Of a stretch of 64,000 nucleotides of DNA, positions 61,401 through 64,000 are shown one piece after another; the first letter of the stretch is position 1, and each line of letters starts with the position of its first letter. A program made the position numbers and the translations under genes. The notes beneath the pieces were generated by a model. That model did no database searches, was not told where the DNA came from, and saw only the letters and a program-made list of their open reading frames with translations. This DNA comes from Eledone cirrhosa (lineage: Eukaryota), in the NCBI GenBank assembly GCA_964016885.1, contig OZ024740.1, positions 13,516,001-13,580,000 of the forward strand, in the 5' to 3' direction.

Positions 61401-64000
61401 TCTGGTAGTCAGACTGGTGTTCTGGTAGTCAGAATGGTGTTCTGGTAGTCAGAATGGTGTTCTGGTAGTCAGAATGATGTTCTGGTAGTCAAAATGGTGT
61501 TCTGGTAGTCAGAATAGTGTTCTAGTAGTCAGAGTGGTGTTCTGGTAGTCAAAATGGTGTTCTGGTAGTCAGAATTGTGTTCTGGTAGTCAAAATGGTGT
61601 TCTGGTAGTCAGAATGGTGTTCTGGTAGTCAGAATGGTGTTCTGGTAGTCAGAATGGTGTTCTGGTAGTCAGAATGGTGTTCTGGTAGTCAAAATGGTGT
61701 TCTGGTAGTCAAAATGGTGTTCTGGTAGTCAGAATGGTGTTCTGGTAGTCAGAATGGTGTTCTGGTAGTCAGAATGGTGTTCTGGTAGTCAGAATGGTGT
61801 TCTGGTAGTCAGAATGGCGTTCTGGTAGTCAAAATGGTTTTATGGTAGTCAGAATGGTGTTCTGGTAGTCAGAATGGTGTTCTGGTAGTCAGAATGGTGT
61901 TCTGGTAGTCAAAATGGTGTTCTGGTAGTCAGAATGGTGTTCTGGTAGTCAGAATGGTGTTCTGGTAGTCAGAATGGTGTTCTAGTAGTCAAAATGGTGT
62001 TCTGGTAGTCAGAATGGTGTTCTGGTAGTCAGAATGGTGTTCTGGTAGTCAGAATGGTGTTCTGGTAGTCAAAATGGTGTTCTGGTAGTCAGAATGTTTT
62101 TTCTGGTAGTCAGAATGGTGTTCTGGTAGTCAGAGTGGTGTTCTGGTAGTCAGAATGGTGTTCTGGTAGTCAATATGGTGTTCTGATAGTCACAATGGTG
62201 TTCTGGTAGTCAGACTGGTGTTCTGGTAGTCAGAATGGTGTTCTGGTAGTCAGAATAGTTCTGGTAGTCAGACTGATGTTCTGGTAGTCAGAATGGTGTT
62301 CTGGTAGTCAGACTGGTGTTCTGGTAGTCAGACTGGTGTTTTTGGTAGTCAGAATGGTGTTCTGGTAGTCAGAATGGTGTTCTGGTAGTCAGACTTATGT
62401 TCTGGTAGTCAGAATTTTGTTCTGGTAGTCAGAATGGTGTTCTAATAGTCATAATGTTGTTCTGGTAGTCAGAATGGTGTTCTGGTAGTCAGAATGGTGT
62501 TCTGGTAGTCAGAATGGTGTTCTGTTAGTCAAAATGGTGTTCTGGTAGTCAAAATGGTGTTCTGGTAGTCAGAATGGTGTTCTGGTAGTCAGAATGGTGT
62601 TCTGGTAGTCAGAATGGTGTTCTGGTAGTCAAAATGGTGTTCTGGTATTCAAAATGGTGTTCTGATAGTCAGACTGGTGTTCTGGTAGTCAGACTGGTGT
62701 TCTAGTAGTCAGAATAGTTCTGGTAGTCAGACTGATGTTTTGGTAGTCAGAATGGTGTTCTGGTAGTCAGACTGGTGTTCTGGTAGTCAGACTGGTGTTC
62801 TGGTAGTCAAAATGGTGTTCTGGTAGTCAAAATGGTGTTCTGGTAGTCAGAATGGTGTTCTGGTAGTCAGACTGGTGTTCTAGTAGTCATAATGGTGTTC
62901 TGGTAGTCAGAATGGCGTTCTGGTAGTCAGAATGGTGTTCTGGTAGTCAGACTGATGTTCTGGTAGTCAGAATGGTGTTCTGGTAGTCAGAATGGTGTTC
63001 TGGTAGTCAGACTGATGTTCTGGTAGTCAGAATGGTGTTCTGCTAGTCAGAATGGTGTTCTGGCAGTCAGACTGGTGTTCTGGTAGTGAGAATGGTGTTC
63101 TGGTAGTCAGAATGGTGTTCTGGTAGTCAGAATGGTGTTCTGGTAGTCAGAATGGTGTTCTGGTAGTCAGAATGGTGTTCTTGTAGTCAGACTGCTGTTC
63201 TGGTTGTCAGAATGGTGTTCTGGTAGTCAGACTGATGTTCTGGTAGTCAGACTGGTGTTCTGGTAGTCAGACTGGTGTTCTGGTAGTCAGACTGGTGTTC
63301 TGGTAGTCAGAATGGTGTTCTGGTAGTCACAATGGTGTTCTGCTAGTCAGAATGGTGTTCTGGTAGTTAGAATGGATTTTCTGGTAGTCAGAATGGTGTT
63401 CTGGTAGTCCGAATGGTGTTTCGGTAGTCAGAATGGTGTTCTGGTAGTCAGACTGCTATTCTGGTAGTCAGACTGGTGTTCTGGTAGTCAGACTTGTTCT
63501 GGTAGTCAGACTAGTGTTCTGGTAGTCAGACTGGTGTTCTGGTAGTCAGAATGGTGTTCTGGTAGTTAGAATGGTTCTGGTAGTCAGAATGGTCTTCTGG
63601 TAGTCAGAATGGTGTTCTGGTAGTCAGACTGGTGTTCTGGTAGTCAGAATGGTGTTCTGGTAGTCAGCCTGGTGTTCTGGTAGTCAGAATGCTATTCTGG
63701 TAGTCAGACTGGTGTTCTGGTAGTCAGACTTGTTCTGGTAGTCAGACTAGTGTTCTGGCAGTCAGACTGGTGTTCTGGTAGTCAGAATGGTGTTCTGGTA
63801 GTCAGAATGGTTCTGATAGTCAGAATGGTTCTGGTAGTCAGAATGGTTCTGGTAGTCAGAAGGGTGTTCTGGTAGTCAGAATGGTGTTCTGGTAGTCAGA
63901 ATGGTGTTCTGGTAGTCAGACTGGTGCTATGGTAGTTACAATGGTGTTCTGGTAGTCAGAATGGTTCTGGTAGTGAGAATGGTGTTCTGGTAGTCAGAAG

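Larger units (their letters stand above)
1..64000 (+). repeat. Satellite DNA: tandem array of a 20-bp monomer (consensus AATGGTGTTCTGGTAGTCAG), ~3,200 copies, extending beyond both window edges
   Basis: Every line consists of this 20-mer or close variants. Common variants are ...GTCAA (G20A), ACTGG (A2C), ACTGATG, and 18-bp GT-deletion monomers such as AATGGTTCTGGTAGTCAG. No inversion or non-repeat insertion seen. Consensus composition is A4 C2 G7 T7 (45% GC, no CpG). Confidence 0.99.

Noticed and set aside
1-64000. Repetitive protein-coding ORF on either strand (an ATG occurs in most monomers)
   Set aside because: TAG on + (GGTAGT) and TGA on - (CTGAC/TTGAC) occur in nearly every monomer. 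Because 20 is not a multiple of 3, each frame meets a stop about every 60 bp. Only a non-standard code could read through, and 18-, 19- and 21-bp monomers show no frame constraint.
1-64000. CRISPR array or other repeat-spacer system
   Set aside because: No unique spacers, since monomers abut directly. No leader or cas genes.
1-64000. Telomerase-made long telomeric repeat (GT-rich strand with a TGGTGT core, reminiscent of Candida/Kluyveromyces repeats)
   Set aside because: The length and multi-kb inherited variant patterns indicate recombinational amplification, not templated addition. The resemblance is only 6 bp and no chromosome end is visible.
1-64000. G-quadruplex-forming array
   Set aside because: Only GG dinucleotides separated by 6-10 nt. 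GGG or longer runs occur only in rare variants.
1-64000. Embedded transposon, inversion or unique island
   Set aside because: No reverse-complement monomers (CTGACTACCAGAACACCATT) or non-satellite sequence seen while reading through the window.
1-64000. Variant order as a functional code or information-storage system
   Set aside because: The recurring patterns are explained by nested duplication, deletion and conversion. Nothing in the window suggests a reader or writer mechanism.

Overview
All 64,000 bp are one uninterrupted, head-to-tail tandem array (satellite DNA) of a 20-bp monomer, consensus AATGGTGTTCTGGTAGTCAG, about 3,200 copies, all in one orientation. I see no unique sequence, gene, RNA gene, transposon or CRISPR array. 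The monomer carries TAG on + and TGA on -, and its 20-bp period places those stops in all six frames. I did not find a protein-coding or RNA-based new system. The information lies in the ordered monomer variants, which show nested higher-order structure: local duplications of 200-480 bp, ~1-kb cassettes, a ~13.7-kb super-unit with two paralogous SalI-marked blocks, and three large recent tandem duplications (8,507 bp, ~12.0 kb and ~10.2 kb). There are also alternating homogeneous and indel-rich domains and two apparent in-register gene-conversion patches. I cannot assign the organism or satellite family. A eukaryotic heterochromatic origin is an inference. All offsets were derived by eye from marker variants, so breakpoints are approximate.
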